DNA of 30,806 nucleotides from a virus (taxonomy: Duplodnaviria > Heunggongvirae > Uroviricota > Caudoviricetes). Position 1 is the first letter of the stretch, and each line of letters begins with the position of its first letter. The translations under genes were made by a program, and so were the position numbers. Under the pieces are notes generated by a model that saw nothing but the letters and a program-made list of their open reading frames with translations, searched no databases and was not told where the DNA came from. The DNA lies in the IMG/VR virus record IMGVR_UViG_3300030438_000300; one strand, written 5' to 3'. This document shows, piece after piece, positions 7,225 through 15,780 of this stretch.

Positions 7225-7922
7225 AAAACATCGCCGCACAGATGGTTAACTTTGACCGTGAGCAGATGCGTCGGATCGCCAACAACATGCCGGAACAGTA
7301 CGATGAAAAGCCGCAGGTACAGCAGGTAGCGCAGATCATCAACGGTGTGTTCAGCCAGTTACTGGCAACTTTCCCGGCGAGCCTGGCTAACCGTGACCAG
7401 AACGAAGTGAACGAAATCCGTCGCCAGTGGGTTCTGGCTTTTCGGGAAAACGGGATCACCACGATGGAACAGGTTAACGCAGGAATGCGCGTAGCCCGTC
7501 GGCAGAATCGACCATTTCTGCCATCACCCGGGCAGTTTGTTGCATGGTGCCGGGAAGAAGCATCCGTTATCGCCGGACTGCCAAACGTCAGCGAGCTGGT
7601 TGATATGGTTTACGAGTATTGCCGGAAGCGAGGCCTGTATCCGGATGCGGAGTCTTATCCGTGGAAATCAAACGCGCACTACTGGCTGGTTACCAACCTG
7701 TATCAGAACATGCGGGCCAATGCGCTTACTGATGCGGAATTACGCCGTAAGGCCGCAGATGAGCTTGTCCATATGACTGCGAGAATTAACCGTGGTGAGG
7801 CGATCCCTGAACCAGTAAAACAACTTCCTGTCATGGGCGGTAGACCTCTAAATCGTGCACAGGCTCTGGCGAAGATCGCAGAAATCAAAGCTAAGTTCGG
7901 ACTAAAAGGAGCAAGTGTATGA
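7221..7922 (+). CDS. P: Replication protein P (DnaB helicase loader, lambda-type)
   Basis: 233-aa product MKNIAAQMVNFDREQMRRIANNMPEQYDEKPQVQQVAQIINGVF... matches lambda P as recalled. ATGA overlap with the O stop. Confidence 0.95.
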   Translation: MKNIAAQMVNFDREQMRRIANNMPEQYDEKPQVQQVAQIINGVFSQLLATFPASLANRDQNEVNEIRRQWVLAFRENGITTMEQVNAGMRVARRQNRPFLPSPGQFVAWCREEASVIAGLPNVSELVDMVYEYCRKRGLYPDAESYPWKSNAHYWLVTNLYQNMRANALTDAELRRKAADELVHMTARINRGEAIPEPVKQLPVMGGRPLNRAQALAKIAEIKAKFGLKGASV

Positions 7923-8209
7923 CGGGCAAAGAGGCAATTATTCATTACCTGGGGACGCATAATAGCTTCTGTGCGCCGGACGTTGCCGCGCTAACAGGCG
8001 CAACAGTAACCAGCATAAATCAGGCCGCGGCTAAAATGGCACGGGCAGGTCTTCTGGTTATCGAAGGTAAGGTCTGGCGAACGGTGTATTACCGGTTTGC
8101 TACTAGGGAAGAACGGGAAGGAAAGATGAGCACGAACCTGATTTTTAAGGAGTGTCGCCAGAGTGCCGCGATGAAACGGGTATTGGCGGTATATGGAGTT
8201 AAAAGATGA
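7919..8209 (+). CDS. ren: Ren (Rex exclusion escape protein, lambda-type)
   Basis: 96-aa product MTGKEAIIHYLGTHNSFCAPDVAALTGATVTSINQAAAKMARAGLLVIEGKVWRT matches lambda Ren as recalled. ATGA overlap with P. Confidence 0.9.
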   Translation: MTGKEAIIHYLGTHNSFCAPDVAALTGATVTSINQAAAKMARAGLLVIEGKVWRTVYYRFATREEREGKMSTNLIFKECRQSAAMKRVLAVYGVKR

Positions 8210-8234
8210 CCATCTACATTACTGAGCTAATAAC

Positions 8235-8266
8235 AGGCCTGCTGGTAATCGCAGGCCTTTTTATTT
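8235..8266 (+). terminator. tR2: tR2-like intrinsic terminator
   Basis: Hairpin AGGCCTGC-tggtaatc-GCAGGCCT followed by TTTTATTT, between ren and ninB, as at lambda tR2. Confidence 0.7.
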
Positions 8267-8282
8267 GGGGGAGAGGGAAGTC

Positions 8283-8723
8283 ATGAAAAAACTAACCTTT
8301 GAAATTCGATCTCCAGCACATCAGCAAAACGCTATTCACGCAGTACAGCAAATCCTTCCAGACCCAACCAAACCAATCGTAGTAACCATTCAGGAACGCA
8401 ACCGCAGCTTAGACCAAAACAGGAAGCTATGGGCCTGCTTAGGTGACGTCTCTCGTCAGGTTGAATGGCATGGTCGCTGGCTGGATGCAGAAAGCTGGAA
8501 GTGTGTGTTTACCGCAGCATTAAAGCAGCAGGATGTTGTTCCTAACCTTGCCGGGAATGGCTTTGTGGTAATAGGCCAGTCAACCAGCAGGATGCGTGTA
8601 GGCGAATTTGCGGAGCTATTAGAGCTTATACAGGCATTCGGTACAGAGCGTGGCGTTAAGTGGTCAGACGAAGCGAGACTGGCTCTGGAGTGGAAAGCGA
8701 GATGGGGAGATCGGGCTGCATGA
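8283..8723 (+). CDS. ninB: NinB (recombination mediator, Orf family)
   Basis: 146-aa product MKKLTFEIRSPAHQQNAIHAVQQILPDPTKPIVVTIQERNRSLDQNRKLWACLGDVSRQVEWHG... matches lambda NinB as recalled. GGAG-rich RBS. The ORF track has a 6-codon upstream extension. Confidence 0.9.
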   Translation: MKKLTFEIRSPAHQQNAIHAVQQILPDPTKPIVVTIQERNRSLDQNRKLWACLGDVSRQVEWHGRWLDAESWKCVFTAALKQQDVVPNLAGNGFVVIGQSTSRMRVGEFAELLELIQAFGTERGVKWSDEARLALEWKARWGDRAA

Positions 8724-9247
8724 CAATCAAATCAAATACGCCAGCACACGACAAGGACTGCTGGCAAACGCCGCTTTGGCTTTTTGATGCACTGGATATT
8801 GAGTTTGGATTCTGGCTGGATTCGGCAGCGAGCGACAAAAATGCTCTGTGTGCTCACTGGCTAACTGAGGCCGACGACGCGCTCAATTCTGAGTGGGTAA
8901 GCCACGGTGCAATCTGGAATAACCCACCGTACAGCAATATCAGGCCGTGGGTGGAAAAAGCCGCTGAGCAGTGCATACAACAGCGACAGACGGTAGTTAT
9001 GCTTGTGCCAGAGGATATGTCAGTCGGATGGTTCAGCAAGGCTCTGGAGAGTGTCGACGAAGTTCGCATTATCACTGATGGACGGATTAATTTTATCGAA
9101 CCATCGACAGGGTTGGAGAAGAAGGGAAACAGCAAAGGCTCCATGCTGCTGATTTGGCGACCGTTCATCAGTCCTCGACGGATGTTTACTACCGTATCCA
9201 AAGCGGCATTGATGGCGATCGGGCAGGGCGTCAGGAGGGCGGCATGA
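8720..9247 (+). CDS. Phage DNA N6-adenine methyltransferase (Dam-like, orphan)
   Basis: 175-aa product from [26 protein letters not shown]... with catalytic-type motif [12 protein letters not shown] overlap with the ninB stop. No cognate restriction gene is seen. Confidence 0.8.
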   Translation: MTIKSNTPAHDKDCWQTPLWLFDALDIEFGFWLDSAASDKNALCAHWLTEADDALNSEWVSHGAIWNNPPYSNIRPWVEKAAEQCIQQRQTVVMLVPEDMSVGWFSKALESVDEVRIITDGRINFIEPSTGLEKKGNSKGSMLLIWRPFISPRRMFTTVSKAALMAIGQGVRRAA

Positions 9248-9420
9248 GGCGACAGCGACGAAGTTTCACCGACATCATCTGCGAAAACTGCAAATACCTT
9301 CCAACGAAACGCTCCAGAAATAAACGCAAGCCAATCCCAAAAGAATCTGACGTAAAAACCTTCAATTACACAGCTCACCTGTGGGATATCCGGTGGCTAA
9401 GATATCGTGCGAGGAAATGA
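9244..9420 (+). CDS. ninE: NinE
   Basis: 58-aa product [58 protein letters not shown] resembles lambda NinE as recalled. ATGA overlap with the methyltransferase stop. Confidence 0.8.
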   Translation: MRRQRRSFTDIICENCKYLPTKRSRNKRKPIPKESDVKTFNYTAHLWDIRWLRYRARK

Positions 9421-9764
9421 CAATGGATTATTCACAGTTAAGTGATTTTGAAATTAACAGAATGGTAGGAGACATAATTTTTAAAGGCCTTTGGGCAAGT
9501 AAACCGGAAACATCAGGGAATAACACCAACAAATGGTATTACGGAAATGCTGATACAACTTTTGAGCCATTAAATCATTTGCCTGACTACTGCAATGATC
9601 CGAGCGCTTCATGGCCGATTATTGAGAAATACAGGATTTCTATCTTAGACCAGTTAACTGAATGGTGTGTGGATGCAAAAGGCGTAAGCCCAATATTTGA
9701 TACCAGACCTCTCCGCGCCGCCATGATTGTCTTTCTCCTGATGCAGGAGGCCAATAATGCTTAG
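9417..9764 (+). CDS. Hypothetical nin-region protein
   Basis: 115-aa ORF from [22 protein letters not shown]..., translationally coupled to ninE by an ATGA overlap. No family recognised. Confidence 0.6.
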   Translation: MTMDYSQLSDFEINRMVGDIIFKGLWASKPETSGNNTNKWYYGNADTTFEPLNHLPDYCNDPSASWPIIEKYRISILDQLTEWCVDAKGVSPIFDTRPLRAAMIVFLLMQEANNA

Positions 9765-9974
9765 CCCATCTCAATCCCTTCAATACCAGAAAGGAAGCAT
9801 AGAGCGGGCTTCAATGAGCACAGAGTGGATTCTATCTAGGTTTAGCGCATACAGAAGATTGCCGGTAAAGGGCATGCCAAGCAAGTCGATGCTGCATATG
9901 CAAAAGAATGCGCGCTGGAAGGTATGGCGAAAACACAGGTTATGTGGCTGAAAGAGGGGATTATTAAGGCGTGA
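9757..9974 (+). pseudogene. Mosaic-junction remnant: ninF-like 5' end joined to the 3' end of a ybcO-like (DUF1364) gene
   Basis: Frame-1 ORF starts [18 protein letters not shown], like the lambda NinF N-terminus as recalled, then diverges. Frame 0 from about 9846 to stop 9972-9974 reads ...[32 protein letters not shown], like the C-terminus of DLP12 YbcO as recalled, with no upstream start and a TAG at 9843-9845. Confidence 0.45.
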
Positions 9975-10333
9975 ATACCTACAGCATCACATTACCCTGG
10001 CCTCCGAGCAATAATCGCTATTACCGCCATAATCGCGGGCGCACGCACGTCAGCGCAGAGGGGCAGGCATACCGCGATAACGTCGCCAGAATCATTAAAA
10101 ACGCAATGCTGGATATCGGCCTGGCTATCCCTGTGAAAATCCGCATTGAGTGCCACATGCCGGATCGCCGTCGCCGTGACCTGGATAATCTGCAAAAAGT
10201 CGCTTTTGACGCACTCACTAAAGCAGGTTTCTGGCTGGATGATGCTCAGGTCGTTGATTACCGCGTTGTGAAGATGCCTGTTACCAAAGGTGGGAGGCTG
10301 GAACTGACCATCACCGAAATGGGGAATGAATGA
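9971..10333 (+). CDS. rusA: Holliday junction resolvase RusA
   Basis: 120-aa product (GTG start) [52 protein letters not shown]...[12 protein letters not shown] is essentially E. coli DLP12 RusA as recalled. Confidence 0.92.
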   Translation: MNTYSITLPWPPSNNRYYRHNRGRTHVSAEGQAYRDNVARIIKNAMLDIGLAIPVKIRIECHMPDRRRRDLDNLQKVAFDALTKAGFWLDDAQVVDYRVVKMPVTKGGRLELTITEMGNE

Positions 10334-10470
10334 TGTTTGAGTTTAATATGGCAGAACTTCTTCGCCACCGCTGGATGCGCCTGCGCTTATATCGTTTCCC
10401 CAGTTCTGTTTTGACCGATTACCGAATACTGAAGAATTACGCCAAAACCCTGACAGGAGCAGGAGTATGA
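10333..10470 (+). CDS. ylcG: Small protein YlcG-like
   Basis: 45-aa [48 protein letters not shown], overlapping the rusA stop (TGATG). Resembles DLP12 YlcG as recalled. Below the ORF-track size cut-off. Confidence 0.6.
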   Translation: MFEFNMAELLRHRWMRLRLYRFPSSVLTDYRILKNYAKTLTGAGV

Positions 10471-10555
10471 AGTCAGAGATAACAATCAACTAATACTGTT
10501 TTGTTGATTTTTGCTTGTAATTGGCGTTCTGGTCTGATTTTTGTGGAGTAAGTTG

Positions 10556-10939
10556 ATGCGTGATATTCAGATGGTTCTTGAACGTTGGGGAGCGTGGGCG
10601 GCTAATAATCATGAAGATGTGACCTGGTCGTCCATTGCCGCCGGTTTTAAGGGATTAATTCCTTCAAAAGTAAAATCTCGCCCGCAATGTTGTGACGATG
10701 ACGCGATGATCATTTGCGGGTGCATGGCCCGTCTGAAAAAGAACAACAGCGATTTGCACGATTTATTAGTAGATTATTATGTAGTCGGTATGACATTCAT
10801 GTCACTGGCAGGTAAGCATTGCTGCTCTGATGGTTATATCGGGAAAAGGTTACAGAAGGCTGAGGGTATAATTGAAGGGATGTTAATGGCATTAGATATC
10901 CGGTTAGAGATGGATATCGTTGTTAATAACTCTAATTAA
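10556..10939 (+). CDS. quuD: Late-gene antiterminator Q (phage 82/DLP12 QuuD type)
   Basis: 127-aa product [33 protein letters not shown]...[18 protein letters not shown]... matches QuuD as recalled. GGAG RBS 8 nt upstream of ATG 10556. The ORF track begins at the upstream TTG 10541. Confidence 0.9.
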   Translation: MRDIQMVLERWGAWAANNHEDVTWSSIAAGFKGLIPSKVKSRPQCCDDDAMIICGCMARLKKNNSDLHDLLVDYYVVGMTFMSLAGKHCCSDGYIGKRLQKAEGIIEGMLMALDIRLEMDIVVNNSN

Positions 10940-11128
10940 TATGCCAGTTGTTTACTAAAAGTTATTAAAAATGGGGCGTTGCAACGCCCCCAAAAATAAA
11001 GGGTAATATATAACAGAAGGTTTATATAGTTAGAAGCAAGGTTGTGCTCCTAAAGGAAGTGGCTTGAGGGAGCCACTTATATGTTGGGGAGGCAAAGCCT
11101 CCCGCAACATATCTTTTTCGTAATCAGA

Positions 11129-12211
11129 TTAGAACTGATACACCAGACCTACAGCGACGATGTCGTCGGTATCAATACCAGCTGTTTTGGTAAACTTACT
11201 ATCGTCAATTAAGTTGATTTTGTAATCAACAAAAGTGGACATGTTTTTATTAAAGTAGTAAGTAGCACCGACATCGACATACTTGACTAAGTCTCGGTCA
11301 CCATGAACACCAAGGTCTTTACCTTTTGACTGAAGGTAAGCAACAGATGGTCGCAGACCGAAGTCAAACTGATATTGTGCTACTGCTTCAAAGTTTTGTG
11401 CTTTGTTTGCAATATGGTTATTACCAAAAACGGTCATATTCTGAGTTTCAGAATATGTGGTAGCCAGATAGATATTGTTCGCATCATATTTCAGGCCTGC
11501 AGCCCATACTTCCGCATTTTTGCCGGAGGCATTGAATTTGCTCTTACCATAGGCGACCTGACCGTCAGTGCGATCTGATTTAGCATAGGTTGCACCCACG
11601 CCGAATCCTTCATACTCATAAGTAGTGGAGAAACCGAAACCATCACCATTGGCTTCAGTTACGTCAGTGCGGTCATTTTTACCCTGATACTGAGCAGCAA
11701 AGTTCAGGCCATCGACCAGACCAAAGAAGTCGTTGTTACGATAGGTTGCAACACCAGTGGTGCGACCAGTCATGAACACATCTGTTTGGGTCCAGGTATC
11801 GCCACCGAATTCTGGCAGAACGTCAGTCCACGCACCGATGTCGTATGCTACACCGTAGTTACGGCCGTAATCGATTGAGCCGTAGTCACCGAATTTCAGG
11901 CCTGCAAATGCAAGACGGGTTTTGTCTTTGGAGGAACCTTGAGATTCAGCGCGGTTGCCTTTGAATTCATATTCCCACTGACCGAAACCAGTCAGTTGAT
12001 CGTTGATTTGGGTTTCACCTTTGAAGCCAAGACGGGCATAAGTAGTATCACCATCATCTGCATCATTAGAGGAGAAGTAGTGCTTAGCATTAACTTTCCC
12101 GTACAGATCCAGCTTGTTACTGTCTTTATTATAAATTTCAGCTGCCTGAGCAGACATCGCCATCAGTACTGATGCAGCTACAGCAGAAATTGCCACTGTT
12201 AATTTTTTCAT
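11129..12211 (-). CDS. nmpC: Outer membrane general porin (OmpC/NmpC family), apparently intact
   Basis: 360-aa product with signal peptide [30 protein letters not shown]..., beta-barrel porin-like sequence and C-terminal ...VGLVYQF. Lies between Q and the lysis genes on the opposite strand, as nmpC does in DLP12. Confidence 0.9.
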   Translation of the reverse strand: MKKLTVAISAVAASVLMAMSAQAAEIYNKDSNKLDLYGKVNAKHYFSSNDADDGDTTYARLGFKGETQINDQLTGFGQWEYEFKGNRAESQGSSKDKTRLAFAGLKFGDYGSIDYGRNYGVAYDIGAWTDVLPEFGGDTWTQTDVFMTGRTTGVATYRNNDFFGLVDGLNFAAQYQGKNDRTDVTEANGDGFGFSTTYEYEGFGVGATYAKSDRTDGQVAYGKSKFNASGKNAEVWAAGLKYDANNIYLATTYSETQNMTVFGNNHIANKAQNFEAVAQYQFDFGLRPSVAYLQSKGKDLGVHGDRDLVKYVDVGATYYFNKNMSTFVDYKINLIDDSKFTKTAGIDTDDIVAVGLVYQF

Positions 12212-12640
12212 CGTGAGCCCTTTTTTTTGAACTATTATTAAAAAATGATGTCACTGCGCGATAAATATTCATCTAATCAATGTGATTATTTCAAGATGTA
12301 AGTTTTGGTTTCTCGTTTGATTTGTGAAGTAGATCTCTATTTTTATCTGAACTTTTTTCTATCGAATCCTATTCATGGCTCTTGGCTGAATAAAAATAAA
12401 TCTATTAGCCAATTTATATTAACGGCTATTATTTATAAGTGCTCTATAATTTGAAGGTTCAATTTAAACCAGCTAAAAATAACACTGGAAATTATTTGTT
12501 GGTTATTTGTTGAGATTTGCTTATGTATTTGTAGCGGTGTTTTCAATACTCGGTAGCATTCTCGCAAATATCATTTAGTGGTTTACGTACGTAAAAAATT
12601 GGTTATGCTGTTAAGAGTGGTTACTTCGTCACACAGCTTA

Positions 12641-12672
12641 AACCCGCCGTCGAGCGGGTTTTTCCATTTTTT
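12641..12672 (+). terminator. Strong plus-strand intrinsic terminator upstream of the lysis cassette (candidate tR')
   Basis: AACCCGCCGTCGAGCGGGTTTTTCCATTTTTT: GC-rich hairpin followed by a T-run. The reverse complement has no U-tract, so it acts on plus-strand transcripts only. Confidence 0.55.
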
Positions 12673-12800
12673 GAGTCTCGATATTAGCTGATAACCCAAT
12701 ACCTGAGTTATTCACTGACTCCGAGTCTGTTACGTTTCTGCTTTTTTGCGATACGTTGTATTCCCTCAATTTACACCCGCTTTGTCTGCGAGGTGGGGTT

Positions 12801-13016
12801 ATGAAATCCATGGATAAGTTAACAACGGGTGTCGCCTATGGCACCTCAGCAGGTAGTGCCGGGTACTGGTTTTTACAGCTGCTAGATAAAGTCACGCCCT
12901 CACAGTGGGCGGCAATTGGAGTGCTGGGTAGCCTGGTATTTGGCCTGCTGACGTACCTGACAAACCTTTATTTCAAGATTAAAGAAGACAAGCGTAAGGC
13001 TGCACGGGGAGAGTAA
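12801..13016 (+). CDS. essD: Holin (EssD-like, dual-start motif)
   Basis: 71-aa product [81 protein letters not shown]1-K-S-M4 dual-start arrangement. Confidence 0.85.
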
Positions 13017-13020
13017 TTCA

Positions 13021-13371
13021 ATGACTCAAAACTATGAACTGATTGTGAAAGGGATCCGCAATTTTGAGAATAAAGTTACGGTAACTTTAGCGTTACGGGA
13101 CAAAAAACGCTTTGACGGTGAAATTTTTGACCTGGACATCTCGCTGGACCGTGTTGAAGGTGCCGCGCTGGAGTTTTATGAGGCAGCAGCCAGAATGAGC
13201 ATCAGACAGGTCTTCCTGGATGTTGCTGCCGGGTTATGTGAAGGGGATGAGCAGTCGCCGGAAAAGCGCCCCGTAATTTTAGAGGCGCAGAATGTATGGA
13301 TAACCTACAAAGGAAAGCTACCGGGAAGAATTACTGGTTCTCTGAAGACTCCTCCGGAATCACAACCTTAA
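13021..13371 (+). CDS. Hypothetical protein embedded in the lysis cassette (between holin and endolysin)
   Basis: 116-aa ORF starting 4 nt after the holin stop; no motif recognised. By position it is analogous to ydfR (DUF1327) in Qin (recalled; unverified). Confidence 0.6.
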   Translation: MTQNYELIVKGIRNFENKVTVTLALRDKKRFDGEIFDLDISLDRVEGAALEFYEAAARMSIRQVFLDVAAGLCEGDEQSPEKRPVILEAQNVWITYKGKLPGRITGSLKTPPESQP

Positions 13372-13434
13372 GTCACTGACCGGAACAGATAAACCTGTCC
13401 GTGGGCAGAAACCGATAAATCCTGATAAATATCC

Positions 13435-13974
13435 ATGAACGCAAAAATCAGATACGGCCTGTCGGCTGCCGTTCTGGCACTGATTGCCGTCGGTGCGCCC
13501 GCGCCTGATATTCTCGACCAGTTTCTGGATGAAAAAGAAGGTAACCACACAACGACATACCGCGATGGGTCCGGCATCTGGACCATCTGTCGGGGTGCCA
13601 CGATAGTGGATGGAAAACCCGTTTTTCCCGGTATGAAACTGTCGAAGGAAAAATGCGACCAGGTCAACGCCATTGAGCGTGATAAGGCGCTGGCATGGGT
13701 GGAGCGCAATATTAAAGTACTACTGACCGAACCACAAAAAGCGGGTATAGCGTCATTCTGTCCCTATAACATTGGNNNNNNNNNNNNNNNNNNNNNNNNN
13801 NNNNNNNNNNNNNNNNNNNNNNNNNNNGGTGATCGTAAGGGCGCATGCGAGGCGATTCGCTGGTGGATAAAAGATGGTGGGCGCGATTGCCGCATACGTT
13901 CAAATAACTGCTATGGACAGGTTATTCGTCGTGACCAGGAAAGCGCATTAGCCTGTTGGGGGATAGAGCAGTGA
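13435..13974 (+). CDS. rrrD: SAR endolysin (lysozyme, GH24 family; RrrD-like), interrupted by an ambiguous-base run
   Basis: [56 protein letters not shown]... with N-terminal signal-anchor, matching DLP12 RrrD as recalled. Contains the 52-nt N run at 13776-13827; the frame is retained across it. Confidence 0.85.
   Translation: MNAKIRYGLSAAVLALIAVGAPAPDILDQFLDEKEGNHTTTYRDGSGIWTICRGATIVDGKPVFPGMKLSKEKCDQVNAIERDKALAWVERNIKVLLTEPQKAGIASFCPYNIXXXXXXXXXXXXXXXXXXGDRKGACEAIRWWIKDGGRDCRIRSNNCYGQVIRRDQESALACWGIEQ
13776..13827. other. Run of 52 ambiguous bases (N): sequencing/assembly gap or masking
   Basis: Literal n characters in the sequence, inside the endolysin ORF. Confidence 1.
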
Positions 13975-14432
13975 GCAGAGTCGCCGCGATTATTTATGCT
14001 TTGGTTATCTGCATCATCGTCTGCCTGTCGTGGGCGGTCAATCATTACCGTGATAACGCCATCGCCTACAAAGAACAGCGTGATAAAAAAGTCAGTGAGC
14101 TGAAGCAGTCGATCGCCACCATCGCTGACATGCAGCAGCGTCAGCGTGATGTTGCTGCACTCGATGCAAAGTACTCGAGAGAATTAGCCAATGCGAAAGC
14201 TGAAAATGAAACTCTGCGCGCTGATGTTGCCGCTGGTCGTCGTCGGTTGCACATCAAAGCAGTCTGTCAGTCAGTGCGTGAAGCCACCACCGCCTCCGGC
14301 GTGGATAATGCAACCAGCCTCCGACTGGCAGACACCGCTGAACGGGATTATTTCACCCTCAGAGAGAGGCTGATCACTATGCAAAAACAACTGGAAGGAA
14401 CCCAGAAGTATATTAATGAGCAGTGCAGATAG
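13971..14432 (+). CDS. rzpD: i-spanin Rz (RzpD-like)
   Basis: GTG start overlapping the endolysin stop (GTGA). Product [36 protein letters not shown]...QKYINEQCR with N-terminal TM and coiled-coil region. The ORF track begins at TTG 13956. Confidence 0.8.
   Translation: MSRVAAIIYALVICIIVCLSWAVNHYRDNAIAYKEQRDKKVSELKQSIATIADMQQRQRDVAALDAKYSRELANAKAENETLRADVAAGRRRLHIKAVCQSVREATTASGVDNATSLRLADTAERDYFTLRERLITMQKQLEGTQKYINEQCR
14191..14373 (+). CDS. rzoD: o-spanin Rz1 (RzoD-like lipoprotein) embedded in the +1 frame of Rz
   Basis: 60-aa product [42 protein letters not shown]... with lipobox VVGC and a proline-rich segment, entirely inside Rz. Confidence 0.8.
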   Translation: MRKLKMKLCALMLPLVVVGCTSKQSVSQCVKPPPPPAWIMQPASDWQTPLNGIISPSERG

Positions 14433-14463
14433 AGCTGCCCATATCGATGGGCAACTCATGCAA

Positions 14464-14760
14464 TTATTGTGAGCAATACACACGCGCTTCCAGTGGAGTA
14501 TAAATGCCTAAAGTAATAAAACCGAGAAATCCATTTACGAATGTTTGCTGGGTTTCTGTTTTAACAACATTTTCTGCGCCGCCACAAATTTTGGCTGCAT
14601 CAACAGTTTTCTCCTGTCCAATTCCCGAAACGAAGAAATGATGGGTGATGGTTTCCTTTGGTGTTACTGCTGTCGGTTTGTTTCCAACAGTAAACGTCTG
14701 TTGAGCACATCCTGTAATAAGCATTGCCAGAGCGGCAGAAAACAACATTTTTTTCATCTT
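14464..14760 (-). CDS. bor: Bor lipoprotein (serum-resistance lysogenic conversion factor)
   Basis: 98-aa product MKKMLFSAALAMLITGCAQQTF...GIYTPLEARVYCSQ with lipobox LITGC, matching lambda/DLP12 Bor as recalled. The ORF-track upstream extension was not used. Confidence 0.85.
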   Translation of the reverse strand, partial: KMKKMLFSAALAMLITGCAQQTFTVGNKPTAVTPKETITHHFFVSGIGQEKTVDAAKICGGAENVVKTETQQTFVNGFLGFITLGIYTPLEARVYCSQ

Positions 14761-15140
14761 ATTATCCTGCATTGTTAAAAACGGCAGAATCCTATGTGAC
14801 AACAATTAAACGATAGTTAAATGGATTGATGAAAATTAAAACTATATAGGTGGATGCTCAGCCTATCGGAGGTAGTCAGGATTTGAATGTCAGTCTGTTG
14901 TCGGCATTCTGGCAATGCAATTTGGATAAAGCGGGGATTAAAAAGATAGAGGCGAGCCGGTCAGGTAGAAATGAATCAGGCTCAAAGTGAAGCGGAAAAG
15001 GTCTGTGGCACAAGCTGATGCAGCCATAATTACAGCCTGATGATTTGTGGAATGAAACATGTTGAACCTCCTTAATTGATGTTATTCGAGTGATGAAGGC
15101 ATTCTGTCCTTCTATAGTGTCCAGTAAATCAAACAGGAAA

Positions 15141-15162
15141 CTTGTCCAACGTGTTGGACAAG
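15141..15162. repeat. Perfect 10-bp inverted repeat CTTGTCCAAC-gt-GTTGGACAAG
   Basis: Read directly from the sequence, about 120 bp upstream of the HNH gene. No adjacent T-run on either strand. Confidence 0.6.
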
Positions 15163-15282
15163 CCTCTCCATTAGTGAGTTGTATTGATCACAACTCTACA
15201 AAGAATTCATTACTGGGTAGATGAAAATAGTTTCACTATGAATGGAGGAGGCTATGTCGGTGGCTTCTTCATTGGAGTACAT

Positions 15283-15633
15283 ATGCCCCCACGAATCCCA
15301 CGCGCCTGCCGTAAGCGTGGATGTGCAGGTACAACCACAGACAGTTCTGGTTACTGCGATAAACATCGTGGCGAAGGATGGGTACAGCATCAACGCGGAC
15401 TGAGCCGCCACCAGCGTGGCTATGGCTCGAAATGGGATGCCATACGTGCGCGCATACTGAAGCGTGATAATCATCTGTGTCAGAACTGCCTGCGCAATGG
15501 GAGAGCCGTTGAAGCCAGAACTGTGGACCACATCATTCCGAAAGCTCATGGTGGCACGGATGCAGACAGTAACCTGCAGAGTCTGTGCTGGCCCTGTCAT
15601 AAAGCAAAAACAGCGCGCGAACGCATCAATTGA
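15283..15633 (+). CDS. HNH endonuclease (terminase-associated, HK97 gp74-like)
   Basis: 116-aa product from MPPRIPRACRKRGCAGTTTDSSGYCDKHR... with HNH-type motifs DHIIPKAHGG and CWPCH. GGAG RBS. Immediately upstream of the terminase genes. Confidence 0.8.
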   Translation: MPPRIPRACRKRGCAGTTTDSSGYCDKHRGEGWVQHQRGLSRHQRGYGSKWDAIRARILKRDNHLCQNCLRNGRAVEARTVDHIIPKAHGGTDADSNLQSLCWPCHKAKTARERIN

Positions 15634-15780
15634 TAACAGTTCCCATCTGTAGGGGAGGGGCAGGTCAAATCTCTGCAACCCTGGCTGCTCAGTACCGCCG
15701 CCTGACCTTTCCTCGCATCGCCGCAGGTTCGAAAACTTTTTTTTGGAATGTGATTAAATGATTGATAGGTAAAACCGATT

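Noticed and set aside
10940-11128. Specific pR'/qut promoter call immediately downstream of Q
   Set aside because: I could not find a convincing -35/-10 pair or a canonical terminator by eye. The question is kept as an open finding rather than a feature.
13776-13827. N run as a possible biological feature (deletion or insertion site)
   Set aside because: Literal ambiguous bases are a data artefact, not sequence. The flanks remain in frame with the endolysin.
14437-14454. Hairpin TGCCCATATCGATGGGCA between the Rz and bor stops as a bidirectional terminator
   Set aside because: A stable stem is present, but neither strand has a U-tract after it, so it was not called as an intrinsic terminator.
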